Below are positions 50,715-61,783 of a stretch of DNA of 64,000 nt, one piece after another (position 1 is the stretch's first letter; each line of letters opens with the position of its first letter). The notes beneath the pieces were generated by a model. That model ran no database searches, was not told the DNA's origin, and saw only the letters and a list, made by a program, of their open reading frames with translations. The position numbers were made by a program, and so were the translations under genes. This DNA is from Naegleria gruberi (taxonomy: Eukaryota): the NCBI GenBank assembly GCA_000004985.1, contig GG738853.1. One strand, 5' to 3'.

Positions 50715-52243
50715 ATGGGAGCTTTTGCATCAAAGAAAGATAAAACAGATAACCCTAAAAAACCCCGAAACTCTTCAAATTCTCAACCAACAAATTCCTC
50801 AACAAGTGGTGTCAACAACAATACATCAACTTCATCTTTATCATCTAATTCTTCTACTGGACCTGTGGTAAAGAATTCACTTTCTGTTTTATTGTTGGGA
50901 ACGGGTGAAACTGGTAGGTTTTATATCTCATAGTTTAGTTTGAATAATTAATTGTTTCGTATAAATTTATTCGAAATTAGGTAAATCAACATTATTTAAA
51001 CAACTTGAATTGATTAATGGAGTGGGTATCATTAAAGAAAATGAAAAATCAATGTGGGCTACTCTAATTCATGGCAATGTAATTTCTGACATGAAAACTT
51101 TGATTGGAATTGTTGAGGAAATGGATGTTCAAGAAGTTTCGGATGAAATGCACGAATTAATTCAAGAAATATTAGAATTACCTGATCAAAATGTTACTAT
51201 TAATGAAGAATTATGTGAAAAGTTGAAGAAACTGTGGAATTATGAAGTAGTTAGGGAAGCTTATGATAATAGAGATCAAGCTTTGGATTCTGCTGAATAG
51301 TAAGTTTCTAATAATTTATAGTAATTTAGACGATTTGGGTTTTTAACATTTTCATAACATGAATTTCTCTAATTGTTGTTGACCTTTCGAATAATTATTC
51401 TTTTACAGTCTCTATAATAATATTGATAGAATTGCCAAGCCAGATTACTCACCAACAGTTGATGATGTTCTTCATTGTCGTGTAAAGACACTTGGTGTGC
51501 ATCATGTTGAACTCATGATGGATGGAAACTTTAAATTTAAATTGATTGATGTTGGTAAGTAGTTTCTATAAATGGATTTTGAGAATATTTATTGATTTGT
51601 TTACAATAATTTTTCTATAATTATTATTATAATATTTATAGGTGGTCAACGTTCTGGTAAGTTTTGATGATTTTTCTTGGTAGAATTTAACATTTAAAGA
51701 ACGAAGAAAGTGGCTTGAACGTAAGTTTTTTTATTCGAATTGGATATTTATAGTAATTTAATATTGGAAATGAATAATTGAATGATTGGAATATTGAAAT
51801 AATTTCGAATTGGATGAAAAATAGTCATGTCAGAAGTTGATGCTGTCATTTTCATGACATCTTTAGCTGAATTTGATCAAGAATGTTATGAGGAAAAAGG
51901 ATTTAAACGTGTTGTTGAATCTTTGGAAACATTTGAAAAGGTCATTAACAACAAACTCTTCCAAAAAGTTCCATTCATTCTCATGTTAAATAAGCGTGAC
52001 TTATTCGAGAGGAAGATTGCAAAGAAGAGTTTCAAGAAATATTTCCCAAATTATACAGGTGATGAAAAGAATCCCCAACAATGTATTGATTTCATTTCGA
52101 AAATGTTTTTGGGTAAATGTAAGGAACGATCAACTGATACCATTCTAGTTCAACCTCATTGTGCTATCAGTAAGGAAGAAACAGAACAAATGCTGCAACA
52201 TGCAAAGAACTTTGTAATAGGTCAATACTCAAAGAAGAAGTAG
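50715..52243 (+). CDS. Heterotrimeric G-protein alpha subunit (6 exons: 50715..50913, 50981..51299, 51409..51554, 51642..51656, 51700..51720, 51825..52243)
   Basis: Seen: MGAFASKK (Gly2 myristoylation-type start), an S/N-rich linker, the P-loop LLLGTGETG|GKSTLFKQ, DSAEY|LYNNIDRIAKPDYSPTVDDVLHCRVKT, DV|GGQRS|ERRKWLE|LMSEVDAVIF (switch II split over 15-nt and 21-nt micro-exons), LMLNKRDLF (NKxD) and a C-terminal HCAI (TCAT-like). Every intron is GT(A/G)AG..AG. Confidence 0.75.
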
Positions 52244-52303
52244 AGCTGATAATAGAATAAATGATTTGTGTTTTATTTAACAATTTAGTGTGAATTAGAT
52301 AGT

Positions 52304-54370
52304 TTATCCACCCTTTGGTTTAACGAGAATTCTCAAAGCAAGGAAACCAATGATTCTGTAAGCGAGTGCCAAAGCAAAACAGAGACCAACATTGATCCAT
52401 ACATTGGACATGACACTAGTCATTTCCAAGTTTTCAATGACAGCTTCACCAGTTGGGAAAGCACATACTCCTGTTGATGGGCAAACAAACTTTTCACCAA
52501 TAAATTCATTCAGAACAAGGGCCTCAAATCCAAAGTGGAATAGAGACGTCCAATAAATCCATACAGTATAGTTTGGTAAATTGTTCACATTTCTGTAGAA
52601 GCCACCGAAAAGCATGAGCACAGTATTTACAAGTGGAATAATAGCCATAGCAACACCCATATTTGGCATCAATGTACCAATCATCAAACCAAGAGATTGA
52701 CCAGTCAAACCAATTACACCCAATAAGAACATGAACATGAAAAATCGTTCAATATTAGGATTAAGGTTCGTCATCCAATACACTATAGCACCAAACAATA
52801 GAGGGAAGAAAAACATGGTTGGCATTTCGGCAACACTTCTGGCAAGGAAATAACTACTGACTTTGTACATTTTTGCACCTCTTTCTCTCAAAAAGATTGG
52901 TTTTTCATCGTACATCATTGAAACTGAGGACATGGCAGAGCCCAAAAATTGATTTGTTAAAATGAAAAATAGCACACCGATTCTGTCTTGAACATTGGAT
53001 TGTTCATACCCCAGTTGTAAAAAGATCAGACCCACAAACAGAGACATGACAATATTCTGCACAAACTTGGCCATTGTCACCTTCTTATCTCTGATAATGT
53101 TAATGAACGCTCTCATAGTAAGCACTGTAAATTGTGCAAACCAACTGGAATTGTACGATGAAAATCTCTTAAGGTTACTATCTAATTGTTGGGTAGGTGG
53201 AATTTCTAATTGTACATTTTTGGAATAATGGTTCAAAACTCCTTCAATTCTTTCATCTTGTCTCTTCTTCTTTTCAAGATTGTCACCTGTGAGGGCAGCA
53301 TTTTCTGTAATAACATCCATCAAAAAGTCGGCAGGATTGTAACCAACTGGGCAAGGGTGTCCAATATCAGAAAAGTATGGCACAGCATCCTTAGCATTTC
53401 CGAAATAAGCAACACGTCCTCTAGAGAGAAGTAAAAGTTTGTCGAAAATTTCATAAATATTAGATGAAGGTTGGTGAATTGTCAAAACGACAGTACGTCC
53501 GTGAGTAGCCAATTTGGAAATTGTTTTCATGACATTGTAACTGGTCTTTGAGTCCAAACCAGTTGTAGGTTCATCCAAAAATAAGACACTAGGTTCAGTC
53601 AAAAGTTCAATACCAATACACAAACGCTTTCTTTCACCTCCTGAGATACCCTTTGTAAAACCAGGAATACCAACCTTAGTATCAGCAGCCTTTGAAAGAC
53701 CTAATTCCTCAATAATTGTATCAACTCTAGTCATTCTTTCTTTAAGTGGAATTTTACTGTCCAAACGCAACATGGCAGCATAACGTAATGATTCTCTTAC
53801 TGTCAAGTTGCCCATCAAGACGTCATCCTGTTGAACGAAAGCAGAAAGTGATCTAAAGGCCTTTCCTGCCTTTTCTCCGTTTGCTCTAATTTCACCTCCA
53901 GAAGCTTTAACTCTTTGTGAGAGAATATTCACTAATTCCGATGATTAATTTCAATCAATTTCATATCAATACTTACACAATGAAGTTTTACCAGCACCTG
54001 ATGGACCCTATATAATAGTTGAATTAGTCATTCCATTCATTATGTGTGTGACAAAACTTACCATAATAGCGAGGACAGAACCAGGGGCAACATAACCAGT
54101 CATTGGATGAAGAATTTGCTTTTCAACCTTCTTAAACATGTTACTCATTGTAAATTTGAATCTTTCCTTAGCAGTTAATAAATTGGAAGGTGCTGGAGCT
54201 TTAACCTTGACTTTATATTCCAAATTGTGCCATTCCAACTGAATAGGAGGCGATCTTCTAATAAACTTTTTATCATCAACAGGGCTGCTATTACTCAAGC
54301 TAACAATAGTCTCCTGCTGCTGAGGAATTGTATCAACAATTACATTATCGGGTAATTCAATATCAGTCAT
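52304..54370 (-). CDS. ABCG (White-type) half-transporter, NBD then TMD (3 exons: 54062..54370, 53977..54007, 52304..53931)
   Basis: Seen: exon 1 ends ..ILHPMTGYVAPGSVLAIM. The 31-nt exon 2 encodes GPSGAGKTSL (Walker A). Exon 3 continues LNILSQRVKASGGEIRANG.., the ABC signature ISGGERKRLCIGIELL, Walker B VLFLDEPTTGLDS, then 6 TM helices. Introns of 54 and 45 nt are GTAAGT..AG. The first ATG is 54370 (MTDIELPDN). Confidence 0.8.
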
Positions 54371-55193
54371 GATGATTCCCAAGCAAGTATTATTATTTTG
54401 TATATATTAATCGATTATCTACTACAATTTATGTTTCCTTCTATTAAAAACACGTGATGATGTATTGTTCCTTTTTGCTCAAAAAACTAAAAGGTGTTGA
54501 GGTTTTTTTTTCTGTTTGTTTGTTGATGAATAAGATGAAATGTTGCGCTTCTTCTTAATCTCTTTGATGGAATCAGTGCGCCACCGTTGACGGAGTTTTT
54601 AAACAATGATAAAGTGCAACAGTATATTGTGAGCAGCGTTGTTTTTAAGATATTGCATGACGATGAAAGAATGAGAAGGAATATTTATTAATAAACAATT
54701 ATTGGGTGAAGGAATGATATTAAAGAGTGGAAGATCAACTGGGTGATATGTCCGCTAAGAAGAAGATGGTGGATATTTTGAAAGGTCCGTTATTAAAGAA
54801 ATCTTCAGTAATTGTTGCATTGAGGAAGAGAGGATTATTTATGATAGTTATTTTGATTAGAAGTGGTTGGGAAGAGGAATCGATGGATTGATGGTCCATG
54901 TGAGAGATGAGGCATTTGACTTGGAATGATGTTTACAAGAGTTCACTAAAAAATCAGAAACTGTAGTCAGTAAGGACACAGTTTGTATTTTCAATTGGAG
55001 AAATGCTCATGTCCAATAGTTTAGGTTGGAGATGTGGAGTCAATTTTGAATTTTGGTATTGTTACAGACCTTTGAATGTTCCAATATGTCAGCTCAATTA
55101 AAAATAAATATTTATATTCAACTTGGATTGAGTAATTATTTATTTTGATAATTATCTGCAATATTTGATTATTGTAAACAGGTTTCAATTAAA

Positions 55194-55598
55194 TTATAAA
55201 TCATCTAATTTCAATTTCTTTTGATAATATTTTCCAAAACGAGAGAATTGTCTAAAATCCTTTCTATCCTTCATTTCATAATTCTTCTTATGATCCTTTC
55301 TACAATATCCGACATTTCTAGAAATAAATCCACTGACAAATCTTCGTTCTTCAAAATGTTTCACTTCACTACAAAGAGAAACTTCATGATCCTTCTCAAT
55401 CAAATGACCATGAATTGAAACAGCCAATCTATCCTTTAAATTCTTATTAATATCCTTTCTATATTCCTTATCATTATTATAACGTTCTTTAATATTGATT
55501 TCAGAGGCATGGGCACGACATTTCCAACTGGTGCAAAGAGGGCACTTTTTAATGGTTTGATTAGAGGCTACATTAAATCTGACTCCGTCTCTCTTCAT
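55194..55598 (-). CDS. Hypothetical small basic Cys-containing protein
   Basis: Seen: a 134-aa ATG ORF, Lys/Arg-rich, with CPLCTSWKCRAH. No family recognised; weak. Confidence 0.3.
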   Translation of the reverse strand: MKRDGVRFNVASNQTIKKCPLCTSWKCRAHASEINIKERYNNDKEYRKDINKNLKDRLAVSIHGHLIEKDHEVSLCSEVKHFEERRFVSGFISRNVGYCRKDHKKNYEMKDRKDFRQFSRFGKYYQKKLKLDDL

Positions 55599-55748
55599 CT
55601 GTTGTGTGTTCTTTCGAGTTGTTTTTTTTTAGCTTGGAATTTTAGTGAAAGTTCTTCTGCGCAGGAATTTTTAAAGTTTTTTCAAAATCTAAAAATAAAA
55701 CAGTTTACAATATTTTGAAGTGTTACAATTTTTAAAAAAATATCTTGA

Positions 55749-56663
55749 ATGAATATGGAGGAAGTATTGAATTTTTCAGATTCGTTTGAAATTATTAGAA
55801 AAATTGGTTCGGGAAGAAAAAGTCAAATTTTTGAAGGAATTTATGTGAAATCAAATCTTGATGAAAAATGTGTCGTTAAGATTTTTACAAATTACAACAA
55901 TTCAGAAGAGAGCAAGATTAAAAGACAAGTTAAAATACTTGAAAAACTGGGTGATGGACCGAATATTGTAAAATTGAAAGATGTGATTTGGGATTTACCT
56001 AACAAGGCAATTGTTTTGGAATTTTGTGAAAATTGCAGCTTGAATTCATGTGGAAAGTTGACCGATATGGAAATTAGATATTATATGAGGGAATTATTGA
56101 AAGGTGTGGAGTATTGTCATTCTATGAGAGTGATTCATAGAAATATAAAACCAAAAAGTGTACTAATTGACCAAAAGAATAAGAAATTGACATTAATCAG
56201 TTGGGGTTTAGCTGAATTTTATCATGATGGAAGAGAATTGAATACCAGATTGTCAACTAGATATTTCAAAGCTCCAGAATTATTATTGAACGTGAAAAAT
56301 TATGATTATTCGATTGATATGTGGAATTTGGGATGTGTTTTTGCAAAATTGATTTTTGGAAAGGAACCATTCTCTCCTGGAAGAGATAATTTTGATCAAA
56401 TGGTGAAAATGATAAAAGTGCTAGGAAGTGAGCAATTATTTGAATATTTGGAAAGATACTCAATTGAATTGCCTTCCTATTTGGAAGGATTGAAATCATA
56501 TGAAAAACAGGAATGGAGAAATTTTGTAAAAGATGAAGAATTTGTGAATGAGCTAGCTCTTGATTTTTTAGATAAATTACTAAAATATGATCCTAAAGAA
56601 AGAATGACGGCAAAGGAGGCACTGCATCATCCCTATTTTGCATCATTCCCCAATGATGACTAA
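55749..56663 (+). CDS. Casein kinase II alpha-like pseudokinase (catalytic Asp residues replaced)
   Basis: Seen: collinear with CK2alpha across the whole kinase domain (FEIIRKIGSGRKSQIFEG, VVKIF, IRYYMRELLKGVEYCHS, GLAEFYH, TRYFKAPELLL, DYSIDMWNLGC, FDQMVKMIKVLG, LLKYDPKERMTAKEALHHPYF). The catalytic loop reads HRNIKPKS instead of HRDVKPHN (Asn codon 56142..56144). The metal-binding triad reads SWG instead of DWG (Ser codon 56200..56202). The VAIK Lys is retained. Confidence 0.8.
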   Translation: MNMEEVLNFSDSFEIIRKIGSGRKSQIFEGIYVKSNLDEKCVVKIFTNYNNSEESKIKRQVKILEKLGDGPNIVKLKDVIWDLPNKAIVLEFCENCSLNSCGKLTDMEIRYYMRELLKGVEYCHSMRVIHRNIKPKSVLIDQKNKKLTLISWGLAEFYHDGRELNTRLSTRYFKAPELLLNVKNYDYSIDMWNLGCVFAKLIFGKEPFSPGRDNFDQMVKMIKVLGSEQLFEYLERYSIELPSYLEGLKSYEKQEWRNFVKDEEFVNELALDFLDKLLKYDPKERMTAKEALHHPYFASFPNDD

Positions 56664-56855
56664 TCTATTACAAACTAGTTTAAATTAGAATTTTAACAAA
56701 CTATTGTAAACTAATCATTTGATTCATTTTTGGAATTTTTTTCCTTTTCGAATGATAACTATATCAGAGAAACGAAATCCATTAATTCGTAACAGTTTCA
56801 GTACAATAAATTGACTTGTTGTAAACTCGACCTTCAATTTCAATCTTTAAAAAAA

Positions 56856-57908
56856 ATGCGCAAAAAACGAAGACCAGCCAAACCAACTCGATTTATTGCA
56901 AAAACACTAATATATGCCGATCATGACGACAGTGATGATGATGCTGATGATAATAACATTTTCATTTCTAACCAATTCCTCAACGATGATGTGATTTATG
57001 AAATTTTATCATTCGACAATGATTTTAAATTTATTGTAATGAATTGTGCACTGGTTTCAAAACAGTGGTTTCGAGTCATTTTGGAGAGATTGAAACAACT
57101 TGCAGTTCGAATTGATATTGGGAAAATGTCAAGGGTGCAAGGTCAATTTTTGGAAAATATTGCAAGTGTGAAAGCACTTAATGCGATTAATCATTTAATA
57201 CAGTATCGTGATGCCTTTAAGTTGATGAAAGGATTGACTACATTTGATATTTCTTACACTTATGTTCATGATCGAGAGGCCAAAATTATTAGTGAAATGA
57301 CACAATTGACTTCTCTTAATGTTAGTAATAGTATTAGGATTAAGAAAAGTATTGCATATTTTAGAGAAATGAATAATTTGACTTGTTTGAACATTGGCAA
57401 TAATGGTATTGGAGTTGAATGTGCCAAACACGTTAGTGAAATGAAACAATTGACCATTCTTCATATTTGTGGAAATGGTATTAAGTTTGAAGGGGCTAAA
57501 TTTATTAGTGAACTGCAACAGTTGACCAAACTTGATGTTAGTAGCAATAATATTGGAGAGCAAGGGGCTAAATATATTAGTCAATTAAAACAATTGACTA
57601 ACCTTGATATTTATTCAAATCGAATAGGTGCGCAAGGGGCCAAACATATTAGCGAAATGAAACAGTTGACAAGACTTAACATTTCTTACAATGATATCAA
57701 TGTTGAAGGTGCCAAATATATTAGTGAAATGAAACAATTGATTAATCTTAATATTACCAAAAATAATATTGGTGATGAAGGTGCTAGACACATTAGTGGA
57801 ATGAATCAATTGACTAATCTTTTTATTGGGAACAATAATATTAGCAATGCTGGATTTCAAAACATTTGTGTGTTCTTGGTTGATACATTCGTATTTCTAA
57901 GCGAATAA
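56856..57908 (+). CDS. F-box-like / RNI-type leucine-rich-repeat protein
   Basis: Seen: an N-terminal acidic stretch, then an F-box-like DVIYEILSFDNDFKFIVMNCALVSKQWF. About 10 RNI-type ~24-aa LRRs follow (NNIGxEGAKxISEMKQLTxLNIxxN). The tool ORF starts at TTG 56811 and the first ATG is ~56856. My own index count disagreed with the tool by 1 nt here. Confidence 0.55.
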   Translation: MRKKRRPAKPTRFIAKTLIYADHDDSDDDADDNNIFISNQFLNDDVIYEILSFDNDFKFIVMNCALVSKQWFRVILERLKQLAVRIDIGKMSRVQGQFLENIASVKALNAINHLIQYRDAFKLMKGLTTFDISYTYVHDREAKIISEMTQLTSLNVSNSIRIKKSIAYFREMNNLTCLNIGNNGIGVECAKHVSEMKQLTILHICGNGIKFEGAKFISELQQLTKLDVSSNNIGEQGAKYISQLKQLTNLDIYSNRIGAQGAKHISEMKQLTRLNISYNDINVEGAKYISEMKQLINLNITKNNIGDEGARHISGMNQLTNLFIGNNNISNAGFQNICVFLVDTFVFLSE

Positions 57909-57971
57909 TGATTTGAAATAATCATTTTTGATCCATTTATGTACATTAAAATATTAAAAAGTTTTAACTTT

Positions 57972-60900
57972 CTAATTCTTTGTTGGTGTGCTCTCAGTAG
58001 GGTTACTTTCAGAATTGGTTGCGCTCTTATTGGATGGATTGTGGTTGACTGCCTTGAGCTGATTCTCAATGAATTGAGTGTGTTTGATAGTGACCTTTCT
58101 CGATTTGCTATCTCCAATAATACTCTTCAGTAAGCTACTCTTCTTTTCGCTGACTTGTGGATTCTTATTTGCTTCAGCATTGGCTTTAACTTTCATCAAT
58201 TGCTCCATCAGCTCACTATTCACTTGACCTGGAGCAAGAGGTGAATTATTGTTCTTCTCAGTGCCATTGTTGCTTGTGGAAGATCCACCGCTGGTCGAAG
58301 TTGATGAAGTTGGTGCCTTGAAAGATAATTCTTCACCATATTCACATCCAAATACATGTTTGAAAGCTTCTTTTTCCTCGTGAAGTAACTTGAGAGCAGT
58401 TTTATCCTTTTGTTGCAAATCTTGCCACAATGTTGTAATCTTGTCACGGACTTGAACCTTTTCTTCCTTAATTACGTCAAGACGTTTTTCTTTATCTTGC
58501 TTTTCCTGTTCGAGGTCCGCAATTTCACGTTGGAGAGCAGCCAACAATTCCTTCTTTTGTTGAATCTCATTGCTCACCTGAACAGTTCTTACTTGCAAAA
58601 GCATTTGTTCCTGTTGGATTTGCTGATGGAACTTGAGATTTTCTTTAGCTTGGGTATGCACTGCAGCTCTTTCCTTTCCCAATTTGTACATTTCTGAAGA
58701 ATTTTGAAGACTAAGTCCTCTGTTGGCGTATATTTTAACATTGCAAATGTCAGAAATACAATTACCAAGTGATTCTTTCCATTCATCTCTGTCTCCAGTG
58801 GTACTTGTTGTGAGAATGTATTCATATTGAGAACCTTTAGTAATGACACGAATTGGAATGTCACACTCATCAATAACATCATAAAATCCTCTTTTTGGTG
58901 GAGGCACAGGTAAATTCCTTCCTCCACTGGTTGTGATGTTTAGATTGTTGCTATTGTTCCCAAAGAAGGTATCAGTATCAATAAAGTGGAAGAAAATAAA
59001 GTGTAAATTCTTTCCGACAGTTAATGTTAGTTGATGATATTTAGATTTGGTTGAATCTGAATTGGTTGGGGTATTTGATTGTTCCTTCTTCTTTCCAAAC
59101 ATGGTTGCCTTTCGAGTAAAGGATTGGAAAAGTGATGAAGAACCTTCATCAGATTCATTCTTTTCCTCAAGTAATACCAACATGTCAGTAAATTGATAAA
59201 TTGTAAATCTTCCCTCATTGTATTGTGGTTTCAGATTCTTTGAACCAGCCATCTGAGCCAATACATTAGAGAATGTATCACCTTGTTTTCCAGGAACAGG
59301 AGGTGGTAAAACTCTCTTACCTGTACTCGATACTGTAGCTGCAGTAGAAGTTGTTTTTGTTGGAACAGATGGTAAACTTCTTGGAGTCACGGATCCTGAG
59401 TTTTTGGAGTCATTACTTGGTGGTGTTGGCAGTGCTACGGAATTTCTTTGTGACTTCACTTGTCTATACTTGACATGGAAGGAGGCCTTTCGCAGGAACT
59501 TTCTGTTTGGTTGGACAAAACCAGGATAAATTGGTTCGATCATTCCATAAATTTCGTACATGTATCTCACATTATCAAAGTTTCTCTTTTGTTCATTAAT
59601 GTAGGAGGCAATCTTTTCAATTTCATTCACAACTTTTTGTAAGTTTTCAAATTCGGTATGTTCTTCAGGAGTATTAGACAAAATTTCAGAGAGCAACATT
59701 TTGTATCTTGGAATTCTTTGAATTGGTAAAATGAGGAAACTACAGAAATCTGATTTGATTCCCTTTTGCATTTGATAGCACTCTGTTAAAAATTCCTTAA
59801 ATTTCTTATTGGATTTTTTCATCTTGTCAAACATTTCAGTTGCTCTATCGTGGTTATTAATATAGGTTGTGTAAACTTTCAAAAATGGAACAAGATGACC
59901 GAATGGTTTACCGATAGAATCATAAATTCTGTATGATGAAGGTTGATTCTTCTTTTTAAGATTTGGGTCATCTTTTCTCTTGATGACAAACCCAACAGTT
60001 CTTGGACTAGTTAATTCACCAGAACCATTTGGAGTGGATGTTGAGTTGTTTGAAACTTGAGAGGATATGCTGGAGGTTGGAGATGGGAGAGATTCTTCTT
60101 CCTTGATTTCAATTTTGACTTCAGGATTTGCCTTTTCCAAATCATTCAATAATGTTTGATTAATGTTTGAAATTTGGTTAATGTTGGCAAACAGGACTTG
60201 AATCTCTGATTGACCTTTAAAAACACCTTTTCCGTGGTCTCTATTTTCAATTAGTGGTTGATAGTACAAATTAAGGAAGGACTTGAGATTTTGAACGTAG
60301 GTCTTTTCTGTCTCGATGGTCTCCTTAATCAACTCTTGACGTTTTCTACCCTTTTTAAGAGATGGATCTCTACGTATAAAATTGAAGAATCTAACACGTG
60401 TGAATAATTGTGGAATACGTTCTCCCAAAATTGAAATAGCCTTATCCTTGTCAAGTGTCGCCTTTGGTGTGGAAACAGTACTAATCTCGTCATCCTCTAC
60501 TACAGAAGATGATTCAGTAGTTTCGTCATCATCAAAATTAATAATTGATGGTGACTGTAATGTTTCCTCAAGATCTAGCTTTGGAATAATAGGTGAATCT
60601 AAACTATTCGAAACTCCAAAACTTCCATTACTGCTTATACTTTCATGAATAGTTGGAGATGAGCTGCTATTATCTGTACTGTCCATATCAGAAGTAGATC
60701 TCTTTCTAAAATGACTATCCGAAACTGAACCTAAAGCTGTCAAATTACTCAAACTAAATTTTGTTTCAAAATTCTCCAAACTATCAGCACTTGTTATTCT
60801 TGAATGAAGATTATTTGGGCTGTCAATCGATAGAATGACCTTTTCTTCATTACCACTTTCTGATTCAGCAAGAACATTCGAATCCAAATTACTTTCTTGG

Positions 60901-61103
60901 ATTTCATCATGATCAATATTATCTGTTGATGTGGATGATGGTGGTGAAGTATCATTATTAGCCTCTATTGTTGGTGGTGATGTTACACTGTTACCTCCTT
61001 TCCCATACATCAAGGAAGACAATTTTGGAGGAGGTTTAGGTGGTTGATTACTATACACCCTTGATGGTTTCATTGGTGGAGGTGTAGGAGGAAGATTAGA
61101 CAT
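57972..61103 (-). CDS. RhoGEF: Pro-rich N-terminus, DH domain, PH-like region, C-terminal coiled coil
   Basis: Seen: DH motifs RQELIKETIETEKTYVQNLKSFLNLYYQPL and CSFLILPIQRIPRYKMLLSEIL. The N-terminus is PPTPPPMKPSRVYSNQPPKPPPK. The C-terminus is heptad coiled coil (QQEQMLLQVRTVQVSNEIQQKKELLAALQREIADLEQEKQDKEKRLD). Confidence 0.65.
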   Translation of the reverse strand: MSNLPPTPPPMKPSRVYSNQPPKPPPKLSSLMYGKGGNSVTSPPTIEANNDTSPPSSTSTDNIDHDEIQESNLDSNVLAESESGNEEKVILSIDSPNNLHSRITSADSLENFETKFSLSNLTALGSVSDSHFRKRSTSDMDSTDNSSSSPTIHESISSNGSFGVSNSLDSPIIPKLDLEETLQSPSIINFDDDETTESSSVVEDDEISTVSTPKATLDKDKAISILGERIPQLFTRVRFFNFIRRDPSLKKGRKRQELIKETIETEKTYVQNLKSFLNLYYQPLIENRDHGKGVFKGQSEIQVLFANINQISNINQTLLNDLEKANPEVKIEIKEEESLPSPTSSISSQVSNNSTSTPNGSGELTSPRTVGFVIKRKDDPNLKKKNQPSSYRIYDSIGKPFGHLVPFLKVYTTYINNHDRATEMFDKMKKSNKKFKEFLTECYQMQKGIKSDFCSFLILPIQRIPRYKMLLSEILSNTPEEHTEFENLQKVVNEIEKIASYINEQKRNFDNVRYMYEIYGMIEPIYPGFVQPNRKFLRKASFHVKYRQVKSQRNSVALPTPPSNDSKNSGSVTPRSLPSVPTKTTSTAATVSSTGKRVLPPPVPGKQGDTFSNVLAQMAGSKNLKPQYNEGRFTIYQFTDMLVLLEEKNESDEGSSSLFQSFTRKATMFGKKKEQSNTPTNSDSTKSKYHQLTLTVGKNLHFIFFHFIDTDTFFGNNSNNLNITTSGGRNLPVPPPKRGFYDVIDECDIPIRVITKGSQYEYILTTSTTGDRDEWKESLGNCISDICNVKIYANRGLSLQNSSEMYKLGKERAAVHTQAKENLKFHQQIQQEQMLLQVRTVQVSNEIQQKKELLAALQREIADLEQEKQDKEKRLDVIKEEKVQVRDKITTLWQDLQQKDKTALKLLHEEKEAFKHVFGCEYGEELSFKAPTSSTSTSGGSSTSNNGTEKNNNSPLAPGQVNSELMEQLMKVKANAEANKNPQVSEKKSSLLKSIIGDSKSRKVTIKHTQFIENQLKAVNHNPSNKSATNSESNPTESTPTKN

Positions 61104-61783
61104 TTTATCTATCTATCTGAATATTTGAATATATGAATATTTGGGTGTTTGAATGTATGAAACTCTTTTAAAACTCGTCAAAAATTACAACAACAATTGT
61201 TGACCGTATATTATTTGCGTTGTCGGCACGGACAGAATATGATATGATCAAACACTACTCTGAAATAATTTACGGGATGATATTTTGCTGCAATCTTCAA
61301 ATCGCCGTAGAAATGAGCGGGATGTTGAATGTTTTTTTTTTGGTTTTTTGTTTGCTGAAAGATGATCGCCTGGAAACGCTTCGTTTGTGTGTGGTTTTGA
61401 TGAGTTTTTCAAAGAGATTTGCGATGATTGGTAATTAGTGTTGGATATTTGAGGATACCTTTTAAGGATGGAGTTATTTCCTTCAGGTTTCTGTATAGAT
61501 TAGTTTAGTTTCCTTAACAATAGGATATTGGAAAGGTGGGAAGTGATATCTCTGAAATTATATGGAGGTGTCTGCTTTATTAGAATTTAAAAAAGTGTAA
61601 AATCTTTTAAAGTTGTACAGTTGACTAAAGATTGTGACAAATTCGTATTTTTTTGAATAAATGGTTTCTTTTAAATTTTGTTCGAAATAGTTTCGAATAG
61701 TTCTACCATGTTCACAGAATTTCTCCCTATTTAAAGATTTTGTAATCAACCATAAAAAAAATAAGATATTTAACAAAAAAAAA

